From a virus (taxonomy: Duplodnaviria; Caudoviricetes), in the IMG/VR virus record IMGVR_UViG_3300019884_000083, positions 1 through 56,443 of that record: 56,443 bases of DNA; one strand, given 5' to 3'. A program made the position numbers and the translations under genes. The notes below the pieces were generated by a model that was given only the letters and a program-made list of their open reading frames with translations, was not told the origin of the DNA and did not search any database. Shown in pieces: positions 37,503 to 45,781 of the stretch. The first letter of the stretch is position 1. The number at the start of each line of letters is the position of its first letter.

Positions 37503-37915
37503 GCGGTGGCCTCCGGAGAGCACAAGCAGTTGCGGCAGCCGTGAAAGGTCTCGGGCTCAGGCGGGAATGAAACCATCATGCGCATCTCGTTGATAAGATG
37601 CCAAACGTCATAAGCCGCACGTTGAAAGGAAACTCGCTCGTCCTGCAACCGAGTGACCAGGTGCCACACCTTTGGGGTGTAGCGCCATCCCCGGTTGTCA
37701 CGGTGCTTTCCCGGCCGATCCGCTATCCACTCGGTGTCGTCATTCTGCCCGAGAATGTGCCAGACGCTACGCTGGTTCTCACCGGTCATGTGATGGCTGA
37801 CGGCATTCAGGGACATCTTACGCCGCATACGCTGCATCGATACCCAGTCTTTTGCATCAACAAGAGCATCAACTGACACGCGGACTGCCCTCATCAATTG
37901 TCGCAACATAAACAT
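37499..37915 (-). CDS. Hypothetical protein
   Basis: 138 aa, coupled to both neighbours. Confidence 0.55.
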   Translation of the reverse strand: MFMLRQLMRAVRVSVDALVDAKDWVSMQRMRRKMSLNAVSHHMTGENQRSVWHILGQNDDTEWIADRPGKHRDNRGWRYTPKVWHLVTRLQDERVSFQRAAYDVWHLINEMRMMVSFPPEPETFHGCRNCLCSPEATA

Positions 37916-38715
37916 CAGTAAACCTCCATGATCTCCGAATAGGCTTGATGCGAAAGCACGCCCTTGGTCCAGGTGCCGTAACGCCCGGCGCGCATGAATG
38001 ACTTGTTATCAGTCCAGCAATCGCAGTTGGTGCCGATTGGTTTCTCAATCGCGGCAATATTTTCGATAGGAGGCTTGGCCCCATCCGGCCATTCGGCTGT
38101 TTTGTAGCCAAACACATTGCTGGCCCGATACCAACCCCGCTCCTGCGTCCCATTGCAGATTACTGTCCAGGGGTCAACGTTGACAGGACAGAATATACCG
38201 CGCTCGGGCGCGTCTCCCACTGCCCAAACCTGTTGCGACTTAAACTGATGCATCCCGATCATATCCGCACACATCTGGCTTGCCGGGATAGTCGATACGA
38301 CGATATCGAAGTTGCGCAGGATATCCGACATCATGCTAGGGTGAACCTTCAAGTTGGTTATGCGATCGGCATACAGGCCCCACGCCTTGTAGTAAGCCTG
38401 CCGAATGTCGTAGGCCATATGGGACTTCGGAAGCTTGACCGGAGAGGTGAGTGCGGCCTCAACCTTACCGCCGTAGACTTTGGAGGCGTACTCTTCTGGC
38501 GTTCCCCAAAGATGATAGGATATCCGATGTCCATCCCCATCCGTCAGGCCGGGAATGGGCTCGTGAAGATACTGTGCCCCGAACATCTCGCTACGGCGTC
38601 TCCGGCTGATAATGGTTATCTTGGGAAACCCGAGTTTCGCGAAAGCATGTACGGCGAAAAGGCCGGTAGGACCGCATCCTAGGACGGCAACCCGAGCAGA
38701 CTTACGAAACAACAT
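37915..38715 (-). CDS. FAD/NAD-binding oxidoreductase (UDP-galactopyranose-mutase-like architecture)
   Basis: Rossmann VAVLGCGPTGL, FGAQYLH, DIVVSTIP and C-terminal AGRYGTW. Confidence 0.8.
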   Translation of the reverse strand: MLFRKSARVAVLGCGPTGLFAVHAFAKLGFPKITIISRRRRSEMFGAQYLHEPIPGLTDGDGHRISYHLWGTPEEYASKVYGGKVEAALTSPVKLPKSHMAYDIRQAYYKAWGLYADRITNLKVHPSMMSDILRNFDIVVSTIPASQMCADMIGMHQFKSQQVWAVGDAPERGIFCPVNVDPWTVICNGTQERGWYRASNVFGYKTAEWPDGAKPPIENIAAIEKPIGTNCDCWTDNKSFMRAGRYGTWTKGVLSHQAYSEIMEVY

Positions 38716-39256
38716 CCTGTCGCTCCTTCCAGCGCCGCATAGCTTCCTTGCGGATTGCGTTCTGATCGGGATCGGATGGACTGTCCAGAATCGCTAGGCA
38801 CCAAGACAAAGTAGATGCCTCGACACGAGCGGAGACCATGTCTTCAAAGGCCAGAGCCTTCAGCCCGTCCGTCCGTTGATCTAGCGCAGCCCACATCTTC
38901 TCCCGTGCGTTCGGACCGCCGTTGTCTTCACCGAGGGTAACCACACCCTGTTTCCCCGGGCAGTCGGCTTGGTGCGTAGGTGGCTGGAGACACGTACAGC
39001 GGGACATCTGCTTCCAACCGGGTAGCACTCTCACTGTTCCCCTTTCCCATCCCTTCCAAAGGTATCCGGCGTGTGCATGATCCGGACTGTCTGGCTTTGC
39101 TCTATGTAACCAATAGTCGTGGTACACGTCCCAGGTTCGCCGAGAAGCAAAGCGCCGGTGCCCCTCGGTAAAGACCATTGCGAGATCTTCAGGATGTTGT
39201 TCCTCTAGGTGTTTTATCAGTTCATCATCATTGTATTCGATTACGATCGGAAACAC
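38702..39256 (-). CDS. Hypothetical protein
   Basis: Probable GTG start after the terminator. HLEEQH...YHDYWLH...H...CTC...H...C metal-binding pattern. Confidence 0.55.
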   Translation of the reverse strand: MFPIVIEYNDDELIKHLEEQHPEDLAMVFTEGHRRFASRRTWDVYHDYWLHRAKPDSPDHAHAGYLWKGWERGTVRVLPGWKQMSRCTCLQPPTHQADCPGKQGVVTLGEDNGGPNAREKMWAALDQRTDGLKALAFEDMVSARVEASTLSWCLAILDSPSDPDQNAIRKEAMRRWKERQDVVS

Positions 39257-39286
39257 TAGCCTACCCCCTGTAACCCTGCTGCGGAA

Positions 39287-39317
39287 AGAGGGGACAACCA
39301 AACCGGCTGTCCCCTCT
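39287..39317 (-). terminator. Intrinsic terminator after SSB
   Basis: AGAGGGGACA / TGTCCCCTCT inverted repeat, followed by TTCC on the minus strand. Confidence 0.65.
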
Positions 39318-39340
39318 GAGTTTATCTTCCGATGCCGATG

Positions 39341-40120
39341 CTAAAACGGGGGTTCGTCGTCATCGCTGTCGTCATCATCCTCGGCATCTTCATCCCGAGT
39401 GCGACGTTTCGGTGCAGCCTTCTTCACGGCTTTCTTGGCTGCCTTGCGGGACGGAGGCGTCTCCTCCTCGTCGTCATCGCTGTCGTCATCTTCTTCGTCA
39501 TCTTCTTCGTCTTCATCCGGTTCCGGCTCAACACGACCCTTCGGCTTGCCCTTGGCGGCACGCTTCGCTGGGCGCTCCTCTTCCTCGTCCTCTTCGTAAT
39601 CCTCATCCTCAGCGCTGGCGCTCGAGTCCTCTGGAATCGGCCAGTACCCGCCAATCACCTTACGAGAAGAACCGTTCTGGTCCATGTCGTCGACGATTGA
39701 AGCCATCACATACTGCTTCTTGTTATGGACCCACCGCCCAATTTTGGCAATCTCAACCGACCCACGGGCGTTCGGCTCGCCTGCAGTAATCGTCCGCTCC
39801 GCAAAATCCGCACCGGTCACGCCGATTGCATCGGTGAATCTCACCACACGGAACTGACTCCCCTCAGTCACTACGATGTAGTCGGTAAGGAAGTATCCCT
39901 TGTACTTCTTCTCCTCGGGCCGCGACTGGCGCGGAGTCAGCTCCAGCCCAACTATCAGCTGGGCATAGCCACCCGAGGACTTGCCCTTACGAAGCACCTT
40001 GATCTTCCAGCAATAGACACCGTTCGGGACAGCAGGCCCGGTATAGGGCTCGAAGCCATCCCGTTCAGTGCGATCGAGGCTAGCACCGGTAATTCCGCCG
40101 CCCCATCTCACTTTCCCCAT
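39341..40120 (-). CDS. Single-stranded DNA-binding protein (DUF669-like) with long acidic tail
   Basis: FEPYTGPAVPNGVY...beta core, D/E/K-rich tail ending DDEPPF. Follows the AAA ATPase. Confidence 0.75.
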   Translation of the reverse strand: MGKVRWGGGITGASLDRTERDGFEPYTGPAVPNGVYCWKIKVLRKGKSSGGYAQLIVGLELTPRQSRPEEKKYKGYFLTDYIVVTEGSQFRVVRFTDAIGVTGADFAERTITAGEPNARGSVEIAKIGRWVHNKKQYVMASIVDDMDQNGSSRKVIGGYWPIPEDSSASAEDEDYEEDEEEERPAKRAAKGKPKGRVEPEPDEDEEDDEEDDDSDDDEEETPPSRKAAKKAVKKAAPKRRTRDEDAEDDDDSDDDEPPF

Positions 40121-40122
40121 TC

Positions 40123-40980
40123 TTACTCCTTTGTTTCCTCTGGACCTATCATGTCCATGAGCTCAAACATGTTGGTGTCATCGGTATAACGACCGAAGGC
40201 GTCAAACTGATCCTTCGCGAAATATACTGTATCCGTCTTAGGGTCCACCGATTGCTGCCAGAGGATTCTTCTAACCTCTGTGGGTTTCCCGGCGCGTTTC
40301 ACGGTACGCTTGCGCATGAATCCGACAGCGTGCATCAGTCCGCTGACGTAGTTGGAGAGTCCTCCGCCCTGCTTCTGGAACTCTGGCATTACCCGGACGT
40401 CCCCCGCGTCATCGTCCATCCGCATCGCATGCGCCGTAACAAGAACATTGACCGGAAGGTCTACAAGCCGGGATATAGCCGAGATCATGAAGTTCTGGGT
40501 GTTGAAATAGTCCGGCTTGTCGGGTAGGTTACGGTGCGTTCTGGAAGCCGGGTTGTGGTCGAAGGCTTCCGCTGCAAAGTTCAGCCGTACCTTCTTGTCT
40601 AGGGTGCTGGCCCCATCAAGGATAATCCACTGATGTTTCCTGTAACCCCCACCCTCCAGCCAGTCCAGCGCAGCCAACATGGTGGAGCTATTGGGGATCG
40701 TCCGAACCTTTCTCTTGCCAAGGTCTAGGTCCCAACGTGGCTTCGCAGCGCTGATGTACCCGGGCTCACAGGCCAGCCAGAGCGAGTTGGGGCAGCTACC
40801 CGCTACTACAGTCTTTCCGCAACCGGAATCTCCATACAGCAGCATGTTCTTGCTCTCGCAGTCTCCATCCAACTCCTGAATAGCGTTCGCGAAATCGTTG
40901 GAGGTTACCACATGAAGGTCTGTCTTGGCGCCTTGCCGCCCTTGGGCTTTAGCCGACCCTGGGATTACCTTACCGGCCAT
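40123..40980 (-). CDS. AAA_24 / Sak4-like RecA-fold ATPase (recombinase)
   Basis: LLYGDSGCGKT, WIILDG, NVLVTAH and AKDQF. Confidence 0.85.
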   Translation of the reverse strand: MAGKVIPGSAKAQGRQGAKTDLHVVTSNDFANAIQELDGDCESKNMLLYGDSGCGKTVVAGSCPNSLWLACEPGYISAAKPRWDLDLGKRKVRTIPNSSTMLAALDWLEGGGYRKHQWIILDGASTLDKKVRLNFAAEAFDHNPASRTHRNLPDKPDYFNTQNFMISAISRLVDLPVNVLVTAHAMRMDDDAGDVRVMPEFQKQGGGLSNYVSGLMHAVGFMRKRTVKRAGKPTEVRRILWQQSVDPKTDTVYFAKDQFDAFGRYTDDTNMFELMDMIGPEETKE

Positions 40981-41368
40981 CAGGGTTCCAGTTCGGCTCG
41001 AGCTGTGCCTTGGTCCTCAAGTCTTCCCACAACTTAGCAACCGTCTTAGGACCGAAACTTCCCACCTTCAGCAGGTCCTTGTACTTGGCATCCACGACGT
41101 CCCATACCGTACCGTATCCGCTGCTGCTAAGTGCTTCAACCTGCCTTTGGGTACAGATCTCCTTATCCAACAGCAAGCTTACCGGTAGCTCCTTCAGCAT
41201 CGCCTTGCGCTTGATGTCCCAAAGCATCTTCCTGAACCACGACGGCTGACCAGTCTTCTTCCGACGTGACTCACCTCGAAGAACCGCTTGCCGCCGTAAG
41301 CTTCTCGTTGAGTAAGCCTTGCCCTGCTGAACGTTCTCCACCTCGGATGGTCTGCTATAGTGTTTCAC
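40970..41368 (-). CDS. Protein with RNA polymerase alpha-CTD / HhH-like C-terminal domain
   Basis: ICTQRQVEALSSSGYGTVWDVVDAKYKDLLKVGSFGPKTVAKL. Confidence 0.6.
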   Translation of the reverse strand: MKHYSRPSEVENVQQGKAYSTRSLRRQAVLRGESRRKKTGQPSWFRKMLWDIKRKAMLKELPVSLLLDKEICTQRQVEALSSSGYGTVWDVVDAKYKDLLKVGSFGPKTVAKLWEDLRTKAQLEPNWNPDGR

Positions 41369-41379
41369 GCTTCCCCTCC

Positions 41380-42534
41380 CTAGAACTCAAAAGTTGCTAT
41401 CTCGTCTGTACTCTTTCGGTGAGCAGCATATGGATCCTCAGTCGTATACGCAATATTACGAAGGTCTTTCCAGTTGCCGCTAGCCTCGTGCAGGGTACAG
41501 ATGTCATAGAAATTGCAGAAACGCTCACAGCTCCAATGCGTCGTCTTGGTGATGGGTAGCTCCCCGCGTCGGGCTTTCTCCATGACCACAAGATCATCCT
41601 GGATCCGCTTCAGCTGACTCAGTTGCTCCGCTCGAGTACGCGGCACGAAATGCCTCAAGTACAAAGGGGCGGGCTGAGCCTTCGAACGCTCACCGAGGAC
41701 AACAATATTCTGACCCAACTTTCGATATCCTTCAACAAGATTTTCAAGCTGTGGAAGGGTGAACTTCTTGAACTCCGGCTCATCTCCTTGATATCCCAGC
41801 ACTCTTCCATAGTCAACCTTAGTCGGCTTGTTGCAGGCGTAGCCTTTCTCGTCCACCGGCCGGAGGTCGGGCAGCCCCTTACGCAGGAAGTTGTATGTGA
41901 TGCCCTTGAAGTGGTCTGTCTTGTTTATCAGGCCCGCCTTGAGAAGCGTCTGCCGCGCGGTTGCGAAGTATGGTCCGGCCTGATCGTCCAGCTTCAGGTG
42001 ACCGGTGCGGATACTCTTCGCGGTCTTGTGCTCGCCGAGGTAGATCCAGCCGCTAGCAAGGTCTCTGTAGGCAAGGTCATAGGTGCCGACATACCGGGCC
42101 AGATAGCTCCGTACCTCTTCCGGCCAGTAATCCGGGAAGGGTATGTTGAAGCTAAAGGTTTTCTCTGGGCTCAGTACTTCCCATCCCTCGTCAGCACCAT
42201 AACGATCCACATACCCGTCAAGCATTGCAGTTCCAAGTTCACGAAGGTCTGCATACTTAGCCCGCTCCTCGTCGGTCGCCTCAACCGTCTTGAAGAAACG
42301 CCTCTCTTCAGTAGAGTACAGGCTTTGGAATGTCTCGGTCGGATGCGGTCCGCGCTTAAGGCCGGGACGATACCAGGCGGCCAAAGAAACATGGACAAGC
42401 TCGCCGAACCAAAGTGCATCACTGACTCGTTTCGGACGGAGCCCCCGACGATAAGCCTGGTACCAAGCCCACATGCAGCGCTTGAATAATTGCCTCTCGG
42501 AACCTCTGACCTCGGGTACCTTAGTAAGATCCAT
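41380..42534 (-). CDS. Cas4-family / PD-(D/E)xK exonuclease
   Basis: Start MDLTK. SERQLFKRC, ALWFGELVH, GTYDL...EHKTAK and C-terminal CERFCNFYDIC. Confidence 0.85.
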   Translation of the reverse strand: MDLTKVPEVRGSERQLFKRCMWAWYQAYRRGLRPKRVSDALWFGELVHVSLAAWYRPGLKRGPHPTETFQSLYSTEERRFFKTVEATDEERAKYADLRELGTAMLDGYVDRYGADEGWEVLSPEKTFSFNIPFPDYWPEEVRSYLARYVGTYDLAYRDLASGWIYLGEHKTAKSIRTGHLKLDDQAGPYFATARQTLLKAGLINKTDHFKGITYNFLRKGLPDLRPVDEKGYACNKPTKVDYGRVLGYQGDEPEFKKFTLPQLENLVEGYRKLGQNIVVLGERSKAQPAPLYLRHFVPRTRAEQLSQLKRIQDDLVVMEKARRGELPITKTTHWSCERFCNFYDICTLHEASGNWKDLRNIAYTTEDPYAAHRKSTDEIATFEF

Positions 42535-42567
42535 AGCCTCTCCCGGTGCTCTCACTCACCATTCGGT

Positions 42568-42658
42568 GGCTGGGCCGCTGTAGGACGACCCAACCTCCTA
42601 GGCAGTTCTTGACTTCTCCGGACGCCTACAGACGTTTATCGGTCTTGTGTCTCTGCCT
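42568..42658 (-). ncRNA. Predicted pseudoknotted/kissing-loop RNA downstream of tRNA-like element 1
   Basis: AGGCAG/CUGCCU stem encloses CUGUAGG. This is complementary to CCUACAG in the loop of the 10-bp hairpin GGUUGGGUCG/CGGCCCAGCC. The G-U pairs work only on the minus strand. Confidence 0.45.
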
Positions 42659-42660
42659 CG

Positions 42661-42732
42661 TGGGGTGGGCAGGAATCGAACCTGCTACCGACGTCCCTGC
42701 AGCGTCAGCTCTATCCGATGAGCTACCACCCC
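42661..42732 (-). tRNA. tRNA-like RNA 1 (atypical anticodon arm; Cys-GCA in a 9-nt loop, or undetermined)
   Basis: GGGGTGG TA GCTC ATCGGATA GAGC TGACG CTGCAGGGA CGTCG GTA GCAGG TTCGATT CCTGC CCACCCC A. No encoded CCA. Confidence 0.75.
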
Positions 42733-42880
42733 CAAGCACCGGCCTAACCCCTTACCGGCACACGAACCCCACTGCCTAACAGCCTACTTCGGCCCGCCTG
42801 CTTGGACCAGCAACCTCTTCGGCTATTGTTCGCTTCCGCACTCTCCTTCTAGCCCTTCCATCGTGGGGGAAGGGTTGGGC

Positions 42881-43363
42881 TTAGAAGGGAGCTTCCTCCT
42901 CGTCGCCATCGACAACCGGCGCCGGACGGCGCTTGTTACGGGTGGCGGGAGAAGTCTTCTTGGCAGTAGCCTTCTTGGGTGCCGGAGCCTCTTCCTCGTC
43001 CTCTTCCTCAACCTCTTCGGCCACCTTGGCCACCTTCTTGGCGGTGGCCTTCTTAGTGGTGGCCTTCGCCGGGGCAGCCGCCTTTGCAGCCTTCTTGGCC
43101 TTAGGAGTCTCCTCCTCGACACCCTGCTCACGCTCGACCCGGCGCTGCTCCAGAACCTCCTGGTTCTCAGCCGAAGCTTGGAAGATCATCCGCATAGCCG
43201 TAGCCAGCCGCACACCCTCGTTGAACGCATCCTCCTTGGTCTTTGCCCGGCTGGGGTCGAATCCCACCGCATCCTTCAGCCAGGCCGCGAAACGCTCCTG
43301 AAGGTCCGTCGGGGTCTTGTCGAGGTAGGACGACAGGTCCACCTCAGAAACGTCTCGTGCCAC
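42881..43363 (-). CDS. DNA-binding-like protein with K/A-rich and acidic tail
   Basis: YLDKTPTDLQERFAAWLKDAVGF...FQASAENQ, AKKA repeats, ends DEEEAPF. Strong codon bias and its own promoter candidate. Confidence 0.7.
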   Translation of the reverse strand: MARDVSEVDLSSYLDKTPTDLQERFAAWLKDAVGFDPSRAKTKEDAFNEGVRLATAMRMIFQASAENQEVLEQRRVEREQGVEEETPKAKKAAKAAAPAKATTKKATAKKVAKVAEEVEEEDEEEAPAPKKATAKKTSPATRNKRRPAPVVDGDEEEAPF

Positions 43364-43401
43364 TGTCTTTCTCCCTTTTTGTTTTCGTTGTCAACTAGTT
43401 G

Positions 43402-43427
43402 ATCCTAGCTGGACTTTAAAATTGGCG
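43402..43427 (-). promoter_or_regulatory. Putative promoter CGCCAATTTT-N10-TAGGAT
   Basis: TANNNT -10 with the upstream box shared with 20361-20370. Confidence 0.5.
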
Positions 43428-43432
43428 AAAGC

Positions 43433-43612
43433 TTATCGCCTTACCCGTATGGAACGGAGTCTTGTACCCTGTCTCTTTTTAGCACCCTGCAACACCTTTT
43501 GCTGAATCTCTTCTAGCTTCGACTGCCGACCACGTTCACGACGAACACCAAGGTTCCATGCAAACACTGCCACCAGGGAAACCATTGCTAGAATCAAAAG
43601 TGCTTCAGCCAT
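43433..43612 (-). CDS. Single-TM small protein
   Basis: 59 aa MAEALLILAMVSLVAVFAWNLG..., GGAG RBS. Confidence 0.5.
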   Translation of the reverse strand: MAEALLILAMVSLVAVFAWNLGVRRERGRQSKLEEIQQKVLQGAKKRQGTRLRSIRVRR

Positions 43613-45551
43613 TTGTTAGCTCCAACACTTTGCGGAAGTACTCTACTCCACGGCGCTTGTCAAGAAGTCGACGTCCTGCAACAGAACGGTCTGCATTCAC
43701 CAGCGAGATTCCAACATCAACAGAATCCAACGAGCGAAGATAGTGGTACATAACCGGACGAGGTTTGGATACCCGGTGAATCCGATCCTCCAGCTGTATC
43801 ATGGTGTCCGGGTCAGCCTCATCCAGAATCACCATATAATCAGCGGAATCGATGGTAATTGCGGTGCCGCCTGCCTTGATATTCAAGAACATCACGTGTG
43901 GCGACTTCGAGCCTACCGGCTGGTTGAAGGCATCAATGATGGCTCCGCGCTTGGCGCCAACCTGTTCTCCGGTCAGCATACACCCCATCCCGCCCTGGGC
44001 AGCCTTGAGGGCAAAGGAAAACATACGCAAGAGCCTTGTGTAACGGCTGGCAATGATAACCTTGCCGGTGGGCTCGTCCGGAATCCCAAGGCTCTCCAGG
44101 AACTCCTCCACCCAATCAAATTTGTTGGAAGGCAAGGAGGGCGTGAAGTCGCCCTTCTCGTCAAACGCTCCGTAGGCACTGGCGAACTGCTGCATTCGAG
44201 TTATCTCAGCGAGCGTCCCCACTGCGTCAAGGTGGCCATTAGCTAGCTTCGCGGAACCCTCCTGGGCTATCTGCTTGTGGGCCTTGACCTGCGCTGGAGT
44301 CATGGGTAGCCATACCCCCACCGGCGAATTCTCATCGCTCGGGTACAACGGAGTCCCCACATACGCTTTGGGCGGGAGATCTGGCGCCACCTCAGCCTTG
44401 GTGCGCCGGAGCATGATCCCGCTGAGTTCATTCCAAAGCAGTCTCTCGCGGTCGCCACGCAGCTTTCCTACCTCATACCCGGAGTAACCACCCAACTCCC
44501 AATACTGGGCAATCCAGCGCCACTTTCCGGTGTAGACCTTCGGCCGGAGCCAGTTGAGTAGCCCCCACAGCTGGACTGGCTTCGACCGGGCTGGGGTACC
44601 GGAGGAGGCCACACGTAGACCACCCTCTCGCACACGTAGAAGCTCTAACCCTCGGCGACGCTGGGTAGGGGTACCACTCCGCACTACAAGGCTCTCGTGG
44701 CACTCGTCGACCACTACGGCGCCCCACTCGATTTCGAACAGCTGGGGGAAGGTGTGGTCATTCCGGATCTTGGTGTTCTTGGTCTTCGGATGATCGCATC
44801 CTAGGACACTAGTTGGCTTCTTGGTATAGGGGGTTTCCTCCCCGCACTCTACACAAACCCAGAAGGTCTTGGTGAGGACCGCCTCAGGATGGACCGACAC
44901 CAATGTGTGTTCGAGGGTAAAGCCTTTCGCCCCAGCGAGGTTCTGCCGGTAAACCTCGGCTAGGCCGGTCAGCAACGCCTCACGAGTCTTTCGGCCCTCG
45001 GGCAGCTCTAGCACGCTCATCCAGGGCACCCAGCGCGCCGTCTCTCGGGGCCAGACGGTAGTGGCAGCGGTCTTGGGAGAGACGACCAGATATGGCCCCG
45101 GCAATCCACTCTCCACCAAAGCAGCCAGTACCTCCAGGGTCTTCCCGAGGCCAGGATCGTCTGCCAGAATGGTCTCTCGTCCGTCGAGCATGAACCGTGC
45201 GCCTCGCGACTGGTACCGGCGAGCCTCGGTCACGGCCTTGTAAAGCGCCGGAGCACGCTCCTTCAGCCGGGGTAGCTCCACCGCTTCGCCAAGTTTGTTG
45301 AGATGGGACAATTGCTGGCGTCTGGTAGCCTCTTCCCGATACCACTCGGAAAGCGCTTTCCGAACTTTTAGCTGCGGCCCGAACTCCATCCGCAGGCAAA
45401 GACAGCTCTCGATGGTCAACGGGAAGGTCCAGGCGTTAGCCCGCTTACTCCAGTAGTGCCCACTCACCCGCTTGCAGGCTGTGACCGTGCGCGGGTCGTA
45501 CGGCGAGTGCAGATGGATCTTAGTACCCACCAGGTCAATCTCGATCTCCAT
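43605..45551 (-). CDS. SNF2-family DNA helicase
   Basis: ILADDPGLGKT, VVDECH, SSGTP, MLRRTK, IIASRYT and QLEDRIHR. Insert CVECGE...CDH. Confidence 0.92.
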   Translation of the reverse strand: MEIEIDLVGTKIHLHSPYDPRTVTACKRVSGHYWSKRANAWTFPLTIESCLCLRMEFGPQLKVRKALSEWYREEATRRQQLSHLNKLGEAVELPRLKERAPALYKAVTEARRYQSRGARFMLDGRETILADDPGLGKTLEVLAALVESGLPGPYLVVSPKTAATTVWPRETARWVPWMSVLELPEGRKTREALLTGLAEVYRQNLAGAKGFTLEHTLVSVHPEAVLTKTFWVCVECGEETPYTKKPTSVLGCDHPKTKNTKIRNDHTFPQLFEIEWGAVVVDECHESLVVRSGTPTQRRRGLELLRVREGGLRVASSGTPARSKPVQLWGLLNWLRPKVYTGKWRWIAQYWELGGYSGYEVGKLRGDRERLLWNELSGIMLRRTKAEVAPDLPPKAYVGTPLYPSDENSPVGVWLPMTPAQVKAHKQIAQEGSAKLANGHLDAVGTLAEITRMQQFASAYGAFDEKGDFTPSLPSNKFDWVEEFLESLGIPDEPTGKVIIASRYTRLLRMFSFALKAAQGGMGCMLTGEQVGAKRGAIIDAFNQPVGSKSPHVMFLNIKAGGTAITIDSADYMVILDEADPDTMIQLEDRIHRVSKPRPVMYHYLRSLDSVDVGISLVNADRSVAGRRLLDKRRGVEYFRKVLELTNG

Positions 45552-45629
45552 GTTTCCTGAGCCCTCCTGATCCCTAACCGGATTCCCCAGCCCTCGACGC
45601 CCCCCTTCGCCGAGAGCCAGAGGACCAGG

Positions 45630-45776
45630 TCAGCGACCGTTACGGTTACGGTTCTTCCAGCCCTTCCAAAGAGTCCAGACGATTGCGATTGCCAGGACAC
45701 CAAAGACCAGGATTAAGGCGATCGGCTCTACAGGGCGATACTCTAACGGGGGCTGCTGGGATAGATACTGGAGCAT
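45630..45776 (-). CDS. Single-TM microprotein
   Basis: 48 aa containing IALILVFGVLAIAIVWTLW, directly after an AGUGAGAG hairpin. Confidence 0.55.
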   Translation of the reverse strand: MLQYLSQQPPLEYRPVEPIALILVFGVLAIAIVWTLWKGWKNRNRNGR

Positions 45777-45781
45777 GCTAC

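Noticed and set aside
29729-38715. Known modification systems (2-aminoadenine PurZ, 7-deazaguanine, glucosyl-hmC)
   Set aside because: No PurZ, FolE/QueC/QueD/DpdA, ThyA-type hydroxymethylase or glycosyltransferase motifs were recognised.
39350-39620. (TCA/TCG/TCT)n-like low-complexity repeats, also at 42890-43120 and 19780-19850
   Set aside because: Explained by D/E/K/A-rich protein tails, so they are not independent DNA repeats.
41380-42534. Cas4-like gene as evidence of a CRISPR-Cas system
   Set aside because: No repeat-spacer array or other cas genes were seen. Solo Cas4-family exonucleases next to Sak4 and SSB are standard phage recombination genes.
42557-42660. Theta/HDV ribozyme, cobalamin riboswitch (AAGUCAAGAACUGCC resembles a B12 box) or ZTP riboswitch
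   Set aside because: I could not place HDV P3/L3/P1.1 or the other conserved riboswitch core residues, so it is kept only as an unclassified structure.
42661-42732. tRNA fragment as an attP site, i.e. a temperate lifestyle
   Set aside because: No integrase, excisionase or repressor is recognisable, and the element is a full-length cloverleaf rather than a 3' fragment.
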